NCBI GenBank assembly: GCA_963718895.1
Contig: CAVRAG010000008.1
Span: 1 to 64,000, forward strand
Direction: 5' to 3'
DNA: 64,000 nucleotides
Source of the DNA: an uncultured Nitrososphaerota archaeon
Lineage (GTDB): Archaea; Thermoproteota; Nitrososphaeria; Nitrososphaerales; Gagatemarchaeaceae
Shown: in pieces, positions 54,207-63,345 of the stretch
Position numbering within the stretch: the stretch's first letter is position 1
Layout: every line of letters starts with the position of its first letter
Program-made: the position numbers and the translations under genes
The notes under the pieces: model-generated
The model's input: only the letters and a program-made list of their open reading frames with translations
Told to the model about the DNA's origin: nothing
The model's database searches: none

Positions 54207-54653
54207 TCATCTGCTCTTGGATCCCGCCATGGGGTCGACCGTCCTAATGATCTGGCCCCTCCATTCCAATTCACTGACTCTCAATAACTCCGAGTCATGG
54301 GTGTAGACCTCAAGGACTCTATTTGCCAAGAAGCTCGCGAGAATGAGCGAATCCCTTCCGCCTAGCGCGTATCGCTCCGCTAGGTTCATCGCGAGCACCG
54401 TGGTCGACTTTGTCTGGTTGAAGAAGACCATGAACGGCAATCTGAGGAGTATCTCAAGCCTCCTTCTCGCCTCCTGTCTCGTCCAGCTCTGGCCGTATAC
54501 GAGAACGTGGTAGGCCTCGTGCATGACGGTCGGGTTTACAGCACACACGAACTCCGGAGAGAGTGACCGAAGGAAACTCCCGACCGTCTCATGCTCGGGA
54601 TACTTTGAATCGAGCATGTAGCAAACTATGTTTGAATCCAGACCGATCGGCAT
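54207..54653 (-). CDS. vapC: VapC/PIN toxin
   Basis: GLDSNI, VMHEAY, GGRDSLILAS, YTHD. Confidence 0.88.
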   Translation of the reverse strand: MPIGLDSNIVCYMLDSKYPEHETVGSFLRSLSPEFVCAVNPTVMHEAYHVLVYGQSWTRQEARRRLEILLRLPFMVFFNQTKSTTVLAMNLAERYALGGRDSLILASFLANRVLEVYTHDSELLRVSELEWRGQIIRTVDPMAGSKSR

Positions 54654-54895
54654 CAGGCCTTCTCCTTCCAGATTGACTTCATCCTCGCAGGTCCTGGGTT
54701 CGTGGGTTTCCCGGTCCTTCTTGGTTCTGATTCGAGCACCTTCAGGAATTCGGCCACCCTGTCTTCCTTCCTGCCCGGAACCAGCACGACGCCCGCCTCG
54801 GTCTTCTTAATCACGATGTGCACGCCGAGGCCCTCCCGGAACTCAGGAGGTATCAGGACCCTGCCTTTCGTGTCGATTTTGGCTGTCGTCTCCAT
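54653..54895 (-). CDS. AbrB/MazE-type antitoxin
   Basis: KIDTKGRVLIPPEFRE; upstream inverted repeat TCCCACT-N7-AGTGGGA at 54897-54917. Confidence 0.88.
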   Translation of the reverse strand: METTAKIDTKGRVLIPPEFREGLGVHIVIKKTEAGVVLVPGRKEDRVAEFLKVLESEPRRTGKPTNPGPARMKSIWKEKA

Positions 54896-54976
54896 GTCCC
54901 ACTAGATATCAGTGGGACTATAAAAAGGGCCGCTGGCCGCGGCCTGATGCGTGACTGGGCGGAGACCGAGGCTTAG

Positions 54977-54994
54977 CGAGCTTGATATCAAGCC
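54977..54994. repeat. Intergenic palindromic site, copy 2
   Basis: CGAGCTTGATATCAAGCC. Confidence 0.8.
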
Positions 54995-55018
54995 TGATGA
55001 CTATCGGGGCACCAGCGG

Positions 55019-55612
55019 ATGCCCTTTATCAGCGACCACGACCACCGTCGACCGTTGACGACTTACGTCGTTGCACCCCCGACGTCCGGCGATTACGTCT
55101 TCTGGCTTTTGTCCCTCGTCCTGTTCGCCGCGCTGGTCCTGGTGATCGTCGTCGCCCTCGCGCCGAGGATGCGGAGCAGCAGGGCGTACAGGAACAAGGT
55201 CGTAGCGGTACTCGCAGTCGTCATCGTGCTCGTGGCTTCGGGCTTTTTCGACCTCGACCCCTTCGCCGGGAACACCGTCGCCGTCTCGCAGGAGGCGTTG
55301 ACCATGAGCGCCCCCGCCCTCTTCTCCGTCACGCTGAACGCCGACCAGGTCAAGGAGGCCTTCGTGGTGAACCTGAGCACCTGGAACGTCGGGATATCCG
55401 GTGCCTCCGGCGGCGACAAAGGGTCCGAACTCAACATCGGAGCCTATCCGCTCTCGAACGGGGCGAGCGCGGACGTCATCTCGGATGAGCAGCTGAACCT
55501 CGTGGTCGTGGCGAGCAGCGGCCAGTACTTCATCCTCGGACCGAGCGACTTCCAGGCCTTTGTCGCCGACTTTTCAGCCCACGTCGCTCCTGTGACCAAC
55601 GCCACCCCCTAG
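55019..55612 (+). CDS. Two-TM membrane protein with a PH-like C-terminal domain
   Basis: Two hydrophobic helices, then G...G.Y...NG...FILGP.D...F. Confidence 0.6.
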   Translation: MPFISDHDHRRPLTTYVVAPPTSGDYVFWLLSLVLFAALVLVIVVALAPRMRSSRAYRNKVVAVLAVVIVLVASGFFDLDPFAGNTVAVSQEALTMSAPALFSVTLNADQVKEAFVVNLSTWNVGISGASGGDKGSELNIGAYPLSNGASADVISDEQLNLVVVASSGQYFILGPSDFQAFVADFSAHVAPVTNATP

Positions 55613-55963
55613 GCGCCAAACACCCCTGCCCGATCGACCGGCATCTGGTCGTCTCCTTCAGGAGCGACCGGAATCAAGAAGGGCGCAGCCAGCGGCCGCA
55701 AGCACCACTCGGCGGGGGTTGGGATCACGGTTCTGCGCGTTTGTGGAACCGCACGGCCGCGTCGTGGGGCCTGCCTTCCACCGGGGCGATATCAATCGGG
55801 ACGCTCGGATCGACCGTCCCTAGGATGGCCTCCCTAATCCCTGAATCATGGGGTGCCGGGTCCGCCTCGAAGCCGTCCAGGAACGCGAGGAGTCCTCATG
55901 GATTGTGTTCGCAACCGTCATATATCGACCCCGGCTCGATGCGACGAGAGAGGAGAGACGAGC

Positions 55964-56733
55964 GCTGCCCTGGCCCAGGATCCTGACGGCCGACGAGAAG
56001 CAGACAATCAGCCCGCATCAGGGCAGGATGGAGCAGGTGGTCGTCAGCAGCTTCCCGCTCTCTCGAAGCGGGGTGGGCCTGGTACGAGAAGGACCAGGGC
56101 GTGGTCGCGTGGGCCTTCCGCAACGCCGACTCCAGCCGGCACAGCATGGTCCTGCTGCGAAACTCCTACTACTTCGGGGACGCGTACTGGTCGATCTACT
56201 CCTCGAACCCCGGGTTCCGAACCTCTTTCCTCGGCGGGGGCTCGCCGCCGCGCCCGCTCGCGGCTACGAACGTGCCCCAGAGCGCCGCCCCGCTCGGGCT
56301 CGTCCAGTTCGACGGTTTCCAGCAGGCCATCGTCTGCTTCGTGATCACCCTCTCACCGGGACAGGCCTGGGCGATGCTCGAGCGGGGCTTCGACCAGATG
56401 GGCCCACCCGCCGACGTAGCTGTCTACGAAGCGACGCCGCTGGCCGGCGGAGAGTACTGCATAGCGAGCGACCTCCGGGCGGTCAGCGAATGGGACGACC
56501 AGACGCGGACCCGGCTCGGCGCGTACACGCCGAACCCCTCGACCTTCAACACGTGGCTCTTCCAGGCGGAGAACGGCGCCCCTTATCGGAAGGTATTCGA
56601 CGGCGACGCGGTGGCCAAGGGGAGGTGCTCGCAGGCACCGGCAGTCAAGCCGATGTCCCAGCCGGCCAGCGAGACGCGGGACATGTTCCCTCCCGTGTTC
56701 CCGGACGTCCTCTCGCCTCCGCTCAACCCCTGA
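55964..56733 (+). CDS. Hypothetical protein; frameshifted near 56060
   Basis: ORF 56101-56733 plus an upstream frame; aromatic-rich. Confidence 0.55.
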
Positions 56734-56769
56734 GAACACTTGCGGTATCGGCTGGCCCAGGTCACGACC

Positions 56770-56795
56770 ATATCGAGCTCGATATCGAACTTGAG
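56770..56795. repeat. Intergenic palindromic site, copy 3
   Basis: ATATCGAGCTCGATATCGAACTTGAG. Confidence 0.8.
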
Positions 56796-56904
56796 CAGAC
56801 CTCATCCTAGGAGCGACTCGAGCCGGATCCGCCTCAGCCCCGGCACGTTTCCGAGCTGCGGCCCCCGGGGTCGCACGTGTAACTGGGCGCGGGAGCGAGG
56901 CTTG

Positions 56905-56927
56905 TCGAGCTTGATTTCACGCTGGAG
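56905..56927. repeat. Intergenic palindromic site, copy 4 (degenerate)
   Basis: TCGAGCTTGATTTCACGCTGGAG. Confidence 0.65.
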
Positions 56928-56965
56928 AGAGCGTCAGTCCGCCCGGGGGAGGGCACGAGACACAC

Positions 56966-57185
56966 CTAGCTGTACGCGATTATCCAGCCCAGGTGCCCGC
57001 CGAAGGTCCCGTACACCCCGTCCCAGCCCTGCTCCATGAGGATTGGGACCGAGGTGATCGGACCCACGAAAAAGTAGGTCACTATGCCCCCGCCCGCCAC
57101 GGTCCACGTGTTCCCGAACGAGTCCGCGAAGGTCAGCCCCGGCGGCACAAGGACGCCCCCCCGTCGCGTCGGCGCCGGGCATCAT
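56966..57185 (-). CDS. Small stand-alone homologue of the YVTN protein's C-terminal domain
   Basis: GGVLVPPGLTFADSFGNTW...YFFVGP...GWDGVYGTFGGHLGWII. Confidence 0.65.
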
Positions 57186-57260
57186 AACCAACGACCGGGA
57201 GCTGCGCTCCCTTGACATCCCGACGTTCTGGTGACCGACCCCATCCGGAGGACTGCTTCC

Positions 57261-57767
57261 TCAGGGTGGCGGCGTCTCTGGGTTCTTTTCATTTGCGGCC
57301 CTGCCTCTCCCTCCGGATCGGTCGGGCGCACCGATTATCGCCCCTATCCTCTCCAGATCGACGTGGCGGATCCCAGGCGCCTTGGCGAAGTGGTGGTCGT
57401 CCGAGACGAACGTCTCCAGCCCCTTGGCGAGGGCCGATGCACAGTGAAGCGCGTCCCTCGGGCGCAGGTCCGTCGTCTCCATCAGCCCCTCTGCCCTGGC
57501 GGTGACTGCCAGGGTCGCTTCGAGGAACCTGAGGCCGGGGAACCGGAGGAGCTTCTTTTCCGCCGCGACCCCGTCCTCCCTCCCTATGGCCCTGCTGACC
57601 GCCCAGACCACCTCGTCCCAGGTCATGACCGAGGTGTACGCCACCATACGTCCTTCCTCTATCTCGTCGAGGACCCTTCTAGCAGCCTTCGACCTTCCGC
57701 CGGTCGCGGTTTCTCCAAGGAGAGGGAGGACGAAGACGTTGGAATCAACGTAGACCGGTTCGTTCAA
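57261..57767 (-). CDS. vapC: VapC/PIN toxin
   Basis: YVDSNVF, TWDEV, RPRDALHCASA, VSDD. Confidence 0.9.
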   Translation of the reverse strand: MNEPVYVDSNVFVLPLLGETATGGRSKAARRVLDEIEEGRMVAYTSVMTWDEVVWAVSRAIGREDGVAAEKKLLRFPGLRFLEATLAVTARAEGLMETTDLRPRDALHCASALAKGLETFVSDDHHFAKAPGIRHVDLERIGAIIGAPDRSGGRGRAANEKNPETPPP

Positions 57768-58005
57768 GCATCTCTTCCTCCAGGATACTCTCGACGTCGA
57801 CCCTGCGCTTCGGCTTCTCGCCCATGGTCTCGATGAAGTAGTCCACGTAGCTTCCTGGCGCAGGAGACGGGCGCTTCAGGACTATCTCGTCCCCCCGGAG
57901 CTCAACGATCACCTCGGTCCCCTCGACGAGCCCTGCCCTGTCCCTCAGCTCCTTCGGGATCACCACCTGGCCTTTGGGTCCAATCACACGGGTCAACCGC
58001 GGCAT
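57745..58005 (-). CDS. AbrB/MazE-type antitoxin
   Basis: IGPKGQVVIPKELRDRAGLVEGTEV. Confidence 0.9.
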   Translation of the reverse strand: MPRLTRVIGPKGQVVIPKELRDRAGLVEGTEVIVELRGDEIVLKRPSPAPGSYVDYFIETMGEKPKRRVDVESILEEEMLERTGLR

Positions 58006-58240
58006 AGCTTTCATGCAAGTACAACTACAGCTTATAGTTAAGTGCCACCTAACCGTGCTTTCCATCGCGGGCAGCGATGCGACACCTTTCGGACGCGGCG
58101 GCGGTTCCCATGGGGGAGGGGAGGACTGTCCCAACCAACGGTCGTCGGACTGCCTCCCTCGGCCTCCACCGATCCATCGAACGCGGGCAGCGTCTAGGCG
58201 CGCGTCCCTGCAAATCATGCAAAGATTACAGTTTACGCTC

Positions 58241-58387
58241 AGTTCCCCTGCAGGGGAACATCGCAAGTGGCGCCCTCTAAATGTATAGTGTATCCTGCAG
58301 GGACATAAACCAGCTCGTGGGAGCAAAGGATGGTGATGGCGTCGGACGATAAAAAATCGCAATGCCGTGTGTCCCTTAAGGGGTACA
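58241..58387. repeat. Cluster of three related palindromes in non-coding DNA
   Basis: GTTCCCCTGCAGGGGAAC (perfect, 58242-58259), GTGTATCCTGCAGGGACATA (58288-58307), TGTGTCCCTTAAGGGGTACA (58368-58387). Confidence 0.6.
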
Positions 58388-58442
58388 GATTCGGGTGGTT
58401 CCATGTCCGACCCCCGACACACTATGTTTTGCCTGAGTCAGA

Positions 58443-58733
58443 TCATAAGCCTATGGAAGGTTCGTAGATGGATGCCATTTTCCGGAGTCGGCGTATGCGG
58501 GGCGAGGAAGACTTCAACTTTCCATCCGTTACTCTCGGGTCAATTCGTTGGACTGCCAGGAGTCCTGCCTTACGTTCCCTCGCTGCAGCTCCGCCCTCCT
58601 TTCGCCTGACCTCCGCTCTGAGTGCTGCTTTCGTCACTTCCGTTGCAGAGATATGCAGTTCCATGAGTTTGTAAAACAGAGCCTCGTCGATCTTGATGGT
58701 CAGTACTTTCTTGGGATGCTGAGCAGACTCCAT
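58443..58733 (-). CDS. Orphan CcdA/RHH-like antitoxin, possibly degenerate
   Basis: VLTIKIDEALFYKLMELHISATEVTKAALRAEVRR; inverted repeat TGTGGGAC-AA-GTCCCACA at 58733-58750. Confidence 0.55.
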   Translation of the reverse strand: MESAQHPKKVLTIKIDEALFYKLMELHISATEVTKAALRAEVRRKEGGAAARERKAGLLAVQRIDPRVTDGKLKSSSPRIRRLRKMASIYEPSIGL

Positions 58734-58898
58734 GTGGGACAAGTCCCACACTCCATTTAAGCGCCACGTACACGCTGAGCGTGGTCTTCGGCACTTCTAG
58801 ACCCGCTAGACCATGCCCCCCACGGCCTCAACTAGGCGACTTCCGGGACCGAATACCCCGATTTGGGCTCCTTTTAGCAGGACCTGATCTTTGCCGGT

Positions 58899-59241
58899 CT
58901 AGGCCAGTTCATCCGACCGGGACGCGCTGAGACGCCTTGCTGCAACCTTCAGGAGCAGTTCGTCGTCGGTGACGAGCAGGTGGCCGCCCTCGAGCGCGGC
59001 GACGAGGTAGGAGGCGTCGTAGAACGTCAGGCCCTCTCTGCAGGCGCTCCCAAGGACAGCGGGTAGTGAAGACGCTCTCGCTCCCGACATGGACGGATAG
59101 GACCGTCTCGACATACGCCTGGCGACTTGCCGCGCCCCGGGGCTCGTAGTCCGCGAGGTCCGGCGTGCAGCCTCCGATCAGCCTCCTGATTCTGCCCTGG
59201 TGAAAGAGGTTCAGGATGGCCGATCAGTGGGAGAGACTCAC
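58899..59241 (-). pseudogene. VapC/PIN toxin, disrupted (internal stop and frameshift)
   Basis: C-terminal GLTFYDASYLVAA...LVTDD; GTGA overlap with the antitoxin; early TGA. Confidence 0.7.
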
Positions 59242-59468
59242 CTCGAGTCCCTGTCCTCTCTTATCGCACGGACCCAGTCCTTCTTCGAGACCTTCCGGAT
59301 TATGGTGCCCACGGTGTCGGCTCGTTTGAGCGACCGCTCCTGCTCCCTCTCACGGACCGCGTCCTCGATTGCCTTCCTGATGACGTCCGCCGGCACGATG
59401 CCGAGACCTTTCATCTTGCGCGCGAGCTCTTCCGGGACCTTGGCTGACACTGTAACGCTCTTGCCCAT
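59238..59468 (-). CDS. RHH/CcdA-like VapB antitoxin
   Basis: VTVSAKVPEELARKM...VIRKAIEDAVR...WVRAIREDRDSR. Confidence 0.82.
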   Translation of the reverse strand: MGKSVTVSAKVPEELARKMKGLGIVPADVIRKAIEDAVREREQERSLKRADTVGTIIRKVSKKDWVRAIREDRDSR

Positions 59469-59520
59469 CGCTACCGTAGGGCAGTAACTCGCTGTTGATT
59501 TAACCATCCATGTGCAATTA

Positions 59521-59547
59521 TCCAGCTTGATATCGAACTTGATTCAT
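59521..59547. repeat. Intergenic palindromic site, copy 5 (inverted 24/27 match to copy 1)
   Basis: TCCAGCTTGATATCGAACTTGATTCAT. Confidence 0.85.
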
Positions 59548-59566
59548 GCCGCTTGAGCCAGAAACT

Positions 59567-60756
59567 CTAGGATGGTTTCGCCCTCCCGAAGAAGTAGTAG
59601 AGCAGCGCTATGCCGAGGACGTAGAACCCGCAGGCGATGAACCAGGGGACCTCCAGGAGCCCGACGGAGAGCAGGTAGCCGCCGGCGAGGACGCTGACGC
59701 TGTTCGGGAGGCGGAAGATGATGTTGGTGAGGCCGCTCACGAGGCCGCGCTGCTCCTGGGGGAAGAGGCCCATGACGAACGAGTCCGTGATCGGGCCCGG
59801 ACATGTTCATCAGGGCGGTCCTCACGATGTAGCACCCCGCGGCGAGGTTCACGTTGGTGATGAACGCCATTGCGAGCATGAAGAAGGTCGAGGACCCGGT
59901 GGTGAGGACTATCGCCCTGACCTGGCCGAACCTCCTGGCCAGGGCCGGGCTCGCCAGCGCCGAGAACCCGATGAAGATGTTCGAGACCGCGAGGACCGGC
60001 CCGCTGTAGTAGTCGCCGACCCCGAACCGCAGCGAGAGCCAGGTCGCGAATATGGGTATGATGAAGCCCGCGCCGAGCCCGATGCTGCCGGAGAATATCG
60101 CGATCTTCGCCAGCGCGCGCTTGTTCCTGAGGCCCGCCCACCTCCGGGGACCCTCGCGCGGGTCCCGGTACTTCCTCAGGATCGCCGCCGTGGCCACGGG
60201 GGTGATGAAGCTCGCGAGGGCGAATATGGCGAGGAAGGTGCGGTGGACCGTGTAGCTGTCCAGCGAGAGGGCGGTCTCAACGGCGGGCAGGAAGACCGGG
60301 ATCGAGGAAGCCCACCCCCGAGCCCAGGTTGCTGACCACGAAGGAGAGGGAGAACGCCTTGGGCCTGCTCAGCTCCGTCGTCTGGTCGGCGATCAGGGCG
60401 TTCCAGGTCGTGGTCGAGGCCCCCTCGGACATCCCGCCTATCAGGGCCGCGAAGAGCAGGAGCGAGAAGTTGGAGGTGACGGCGAAGACCAGGAAGCTGC
60501 AGGACCCCGCGAACGCCCCCGCGACCAGGATGAGCCGCCGGCCGTACACGTCGGACGCTATCCCTAACGGTATCGCGGACACTATTGCGGCCGCGCCCTC
60601 GACCCCGATCAGGAGCCCGATCTGGGCGGCCGTGAAGCCCACCTGGAGGAACCAGGCGCTGATGGCGACGAGGATGAACCCGAACGCGACGAAGTTGGGT
60701 ATGGCCGAGTAGATCAGGAGCGAGACCCTCAGCGGCACCCCAGACTCGTCCGTCAA
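59567..60756 (-). CDS. MFS transporter; frameshifted
   Basis: Motif A GIASDVYGRR; second loop LARRFGQVR; about 12 TM segments over three frames. Confidence 0.85.
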
Positions 60757-60894
60757 TCCCGGTCCAGCCCACCCGCAATCGCTTATCCGTGTTGCGGGCA
60801 GGTTTCTTTGCGCTCGCGACGCCCTTCACCGGGCCGTCCGGACAGCGGTCGCGGCGCGAAGCTGAATTCTGGGAGAACCGCGACCGAGCCATCC

Positions 60895-60920
60895 TTCAAG
60901 CTTGATATCGAGCTCGATTA
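60895..60920. repeat. Intergenic palindromic site, copy 6
   Basis: TTCAAGCTTGATATCGAGCTCGATTA. Confidence 0.85.
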
Positions 60921-60968
60921 AGACCGAGGACTGATCACACGCTCGGAAACGCATCCTCTCGACGCCAG

Positions 60969-61381
60969 CTAGCTCAGGAAGAAGATGGGACTCCTGAACG
61001 GCTTCCTTCGCGACTCATCGATCAGCTCCTTCTCGCGGTTCGCGAAGAGGGCTCCTGACCTTATCGCGTACGCTACGGCGAAGGTGTAACAGTCGGCCAA
61101 TGATATGGACCTCTCGCACTTGATCTCCGAGGCCGCGAGGTGTATCGCGGGGTCGTCCTCGACGACGATGTATCCCGAGGCGATCATCGCGTCGATCTTG
61201 GCCCGCGCCGCTTCGTGTCCGACCTTCCTGCAGAGGATGTACGCGGTCTCGGCGATGTTCACCATGCTCACGTGGGGCAGGATGTTCTTCGCCCGCACCT
61301 TGGCGAGCAGCTCGTCGCCTTTGGGAGTGCCCTCGAGCATCTCGATCAGGACGCTCGAGTCGAAGGCCAGTTCTCCCTCAG
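60969..61381 (-). CDS. vapC: VapC/PIN toxin
   Basis: LAFDSSVLIE, VNIAETAY, ISLADCY. Confidence 0.85.
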
Positions 61382-61671
61382 GTGTACCTTCGCTCGAGCT
61401 CGTCCTCTCCTCGCCTGTCTTCGGACCGACCCTCCCGCAGCGCGCTTCGGATCTCTGCCGAGGAACGTCCGGTCGGTTTCACGGCCTCCATCAGAAGACG
61501 CTCATTCCTCCTGGACTTGGCCAGCAGGTACTCTATGACCTCCTCGTAATCGACCCTTCTCCCTCTCTTTGACTGCAACTCGCCGGCTACCTTCAGCAGT
61601 TCGCGACGCGTTCGGGCAGAGATCGTGATGGTTGTGCTATCCATTGTCTCCATAGCCACAATAGTCGTCAT
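61378..61671 (-). CDS. VapB-type antitoxin
   Basis: TTITISARTRRELLKVAGELQ...VDYEEVIEYL; overlaps the PIN start. Confidence 0.75.
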   Translation of the reverse strand: MTTIVAMETMDSTTITISARTRRELLKVAGELQSKRGRRVDYEEVIEYLLAKSRRNERLLMEAVKPTGRSSAEIRSALREGRSEDRRGEDELERRYT

Positions 61672-61777
61672 GGATATTTAAGGCCTGTCCCGAGCGACTC
61701 CTCGCAGTTCAGCGGACAGGGATGCGATCTCTCGGTCTCGACGTCGTTGTTATTAGTCTCGGCTTCCGACTCACATC

Positions 61778-62167
61778 GTGCTCCAGATCGACTGCTCAGA
61801 GCTGTCGCCCGACGAGAAGCTCGCGCTGGCCTCTGAGATATCTGACGCCCTCGAGGGGAGGGCCCTGGCGCTCGTGAAGCTCGACGCCATCGTCTTCGAC
61901 CAGCTTTCAGACGAGAAGGTCGGAGTCGACACACTGCAGCCGATCGTCAGCGACTTCGTATCTCGGAGGAAAGACTCGCAGTACTACGCAGTGGAGGTGA
62001 AAGGGGAGACCGTGATGGTACATTCGGCCGACCCCATCGCGGCAGCGAGGAGGAAGACCGAGTACACCCTGCCGCCGAACCTGAGGCAGTGCCCCTACTG
62101 CTCCTTCATCACCCAGTACGAGGAGGAGTACACGGTCCACATGAGGGCCCACCTCTTCGGGGTCTGA
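61778..62167 (+). CDS. Hypothetical protein with C-terminal C2H2 zinc finger
   Basis: CPYC-X12-HMRAH. Confidence 0.7.
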   Translation: MLQIDCSELSPDEKLALASEISDALEGRALALVKLDAIVFDQLSDEKVGVDTLQPIVSDFVSRRKDSQYYAVEVKGETVMVHSADPIAAARRKTEYTLPPNLRQCPYCSFITQYEEEYTVHMRAHLFGV

Positions 62168-62175
62168 AGCGCGGC

Positions 62176-63000
62176 TCAGGCGCCCATGGCGCGGACGTTC
62201 TGGCCGGCCGTCAGCTCGACCAGCTTGAACCTGAGCTGCGGCACTTTGGCAGCGTAGGACCGTTCGCCGACGAGACCGACCATGCCGAAGATGCCCTCGA
62301 TGAGGCCGGCGCACAGCCCGTATGTCGTCCAGCTATCCTTGACGCCCTCGCTGCTGGCGAAGATCGGGTCCCTGACGACGACGCCGACGGTGCCCCGCTC
62401 CATCTGGGAGAGGTCGAAGCTGGCCAGCCCCCACCCGCTGGTCCGCAGCTCGTCTTCGGCCGTGAGCAGCATCGCCTGCTGGGACGTCCCGGGGCTGGAC
62501 CTTCTGAGCGACCTCGTCAGGGCGAGCCCGGACTGCCTGCCCATCGCGAAGAGGACGAGGTTCCCCGTCTCCTCCGGGTACTTCGAGAACGAGCTCTCCA
62601 CCTGGACCAGGTTCTCTGTGGAGGTGATCACGAGCCTCGACCCGTCGAGGGCGACCACCGGGAAGAGGAACCGGTTGTATCGCGGGATCGCCATCTCGGT
62701 TCCCTGGGCCGATTCGACGACCAAGAGTCCCCTGAGGAGGCCGAGCAGCGTCTCGATGGAGACGTCGGAGGACTCCAGGCCGACGTTGGCAGAGATGATG
62801 AAGAGCTTGGTCTCCGGCATGCTCTGGGACTCCAGGCCGAAGAGCTCCACCCTGTGGTCCCGGAAGAGGACCAGCATCATCGCCAGGGCCTCGACGTGGT
62901 CCTTGCCCACCACCACCAGTTCGGTGACCTTGCGCTCGCTGGGCTGTTTCATCCCGAGGATGCGCGGGAGGTACTCCGCGGGCTTTGGCGGGAGCGTCAT
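62176..63000 (-). CDS. ACT-like + V4R domain protein
   Basis: VVGKDHVEALA (ACT-like); FAMGRQSG and SGWG...GLIEGIF (V4R-like). Confidence 0.7.
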   Translation of the reverse strand: MTLPPKPAEYLPRILGMKQPSERKVTELVVVGKDHVEALAMMLVLFRDHRVELFGLESQSMPETKLFIISANVGLESSDVSIETLLGLLRGLLVVESAQGTEMAIPRYNRFLFPVVALDGSRLVITSTENLVQVESSFSKYPEETGNLVLFAMGRQSGLALTRSLRRSSPGTSQQAMLLTAEDELRTSGWGLASFDLSQMERGTVGVVVRDPIFASSEGVKDSWTTYGLCAGLIEGIFGMVGLVGERSYAAKVPQLRFKLVELTAGQNVRAMGA

Positions 63001-63187
63001 TGGGAACGCCCGTCGGCTTCCCCTTCATAAAGCATACCTGCTAACCTGAGCCGCGGCTTCCACCGCCGGCCGTCCAACTCTTTTTCCCGCCCCCCGAAAG
63101 TCACTGTCGCGCGCTTGCCTAGGGATGAGAGGCCGGGCGACCGCGGTCGCGCCTCCCGATTCGCGGAGGCACGGTGAAATACCATTA

Positions 63188-63203
63188 GTCTTACTTGTAA
63201 GAC
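63188..63203. promoter_or_regulatory. Inverted repeat between the divergent ACT-V4R gene and pgk
   Basis: GTCTTAC-TT-GTAAGAC. Confidence 0.4.
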
Positions 63204-63345
63204 GGGTCCCCCATCGTGGCTGATGACCGCCTGCTCCCCGTCGAGGGCCGATCCGCTTTCACCATACCAACGTCGAACCCGTCGTCAGATGGGCGTCGAT
63301 CTCCGCAAAGGGATATAATTGGTTCACCGGAGGGCGTTGATGCAT

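Noticed and set aside
54084-60914. CRISPR array or cloning-vector polylinker (AAGCTT-GATATC-GAGCTC)
   Set aside because: Spacing is irregular (0.1-2.6 kb) with genes in between and no cas genes. The copies are degenerate, and no vector sequence surrounds them.
63217-63260. C/D-box sRNA (TGATGA at 63221)
   Set aside because: No properly placed CTGA D box or terminal stem.
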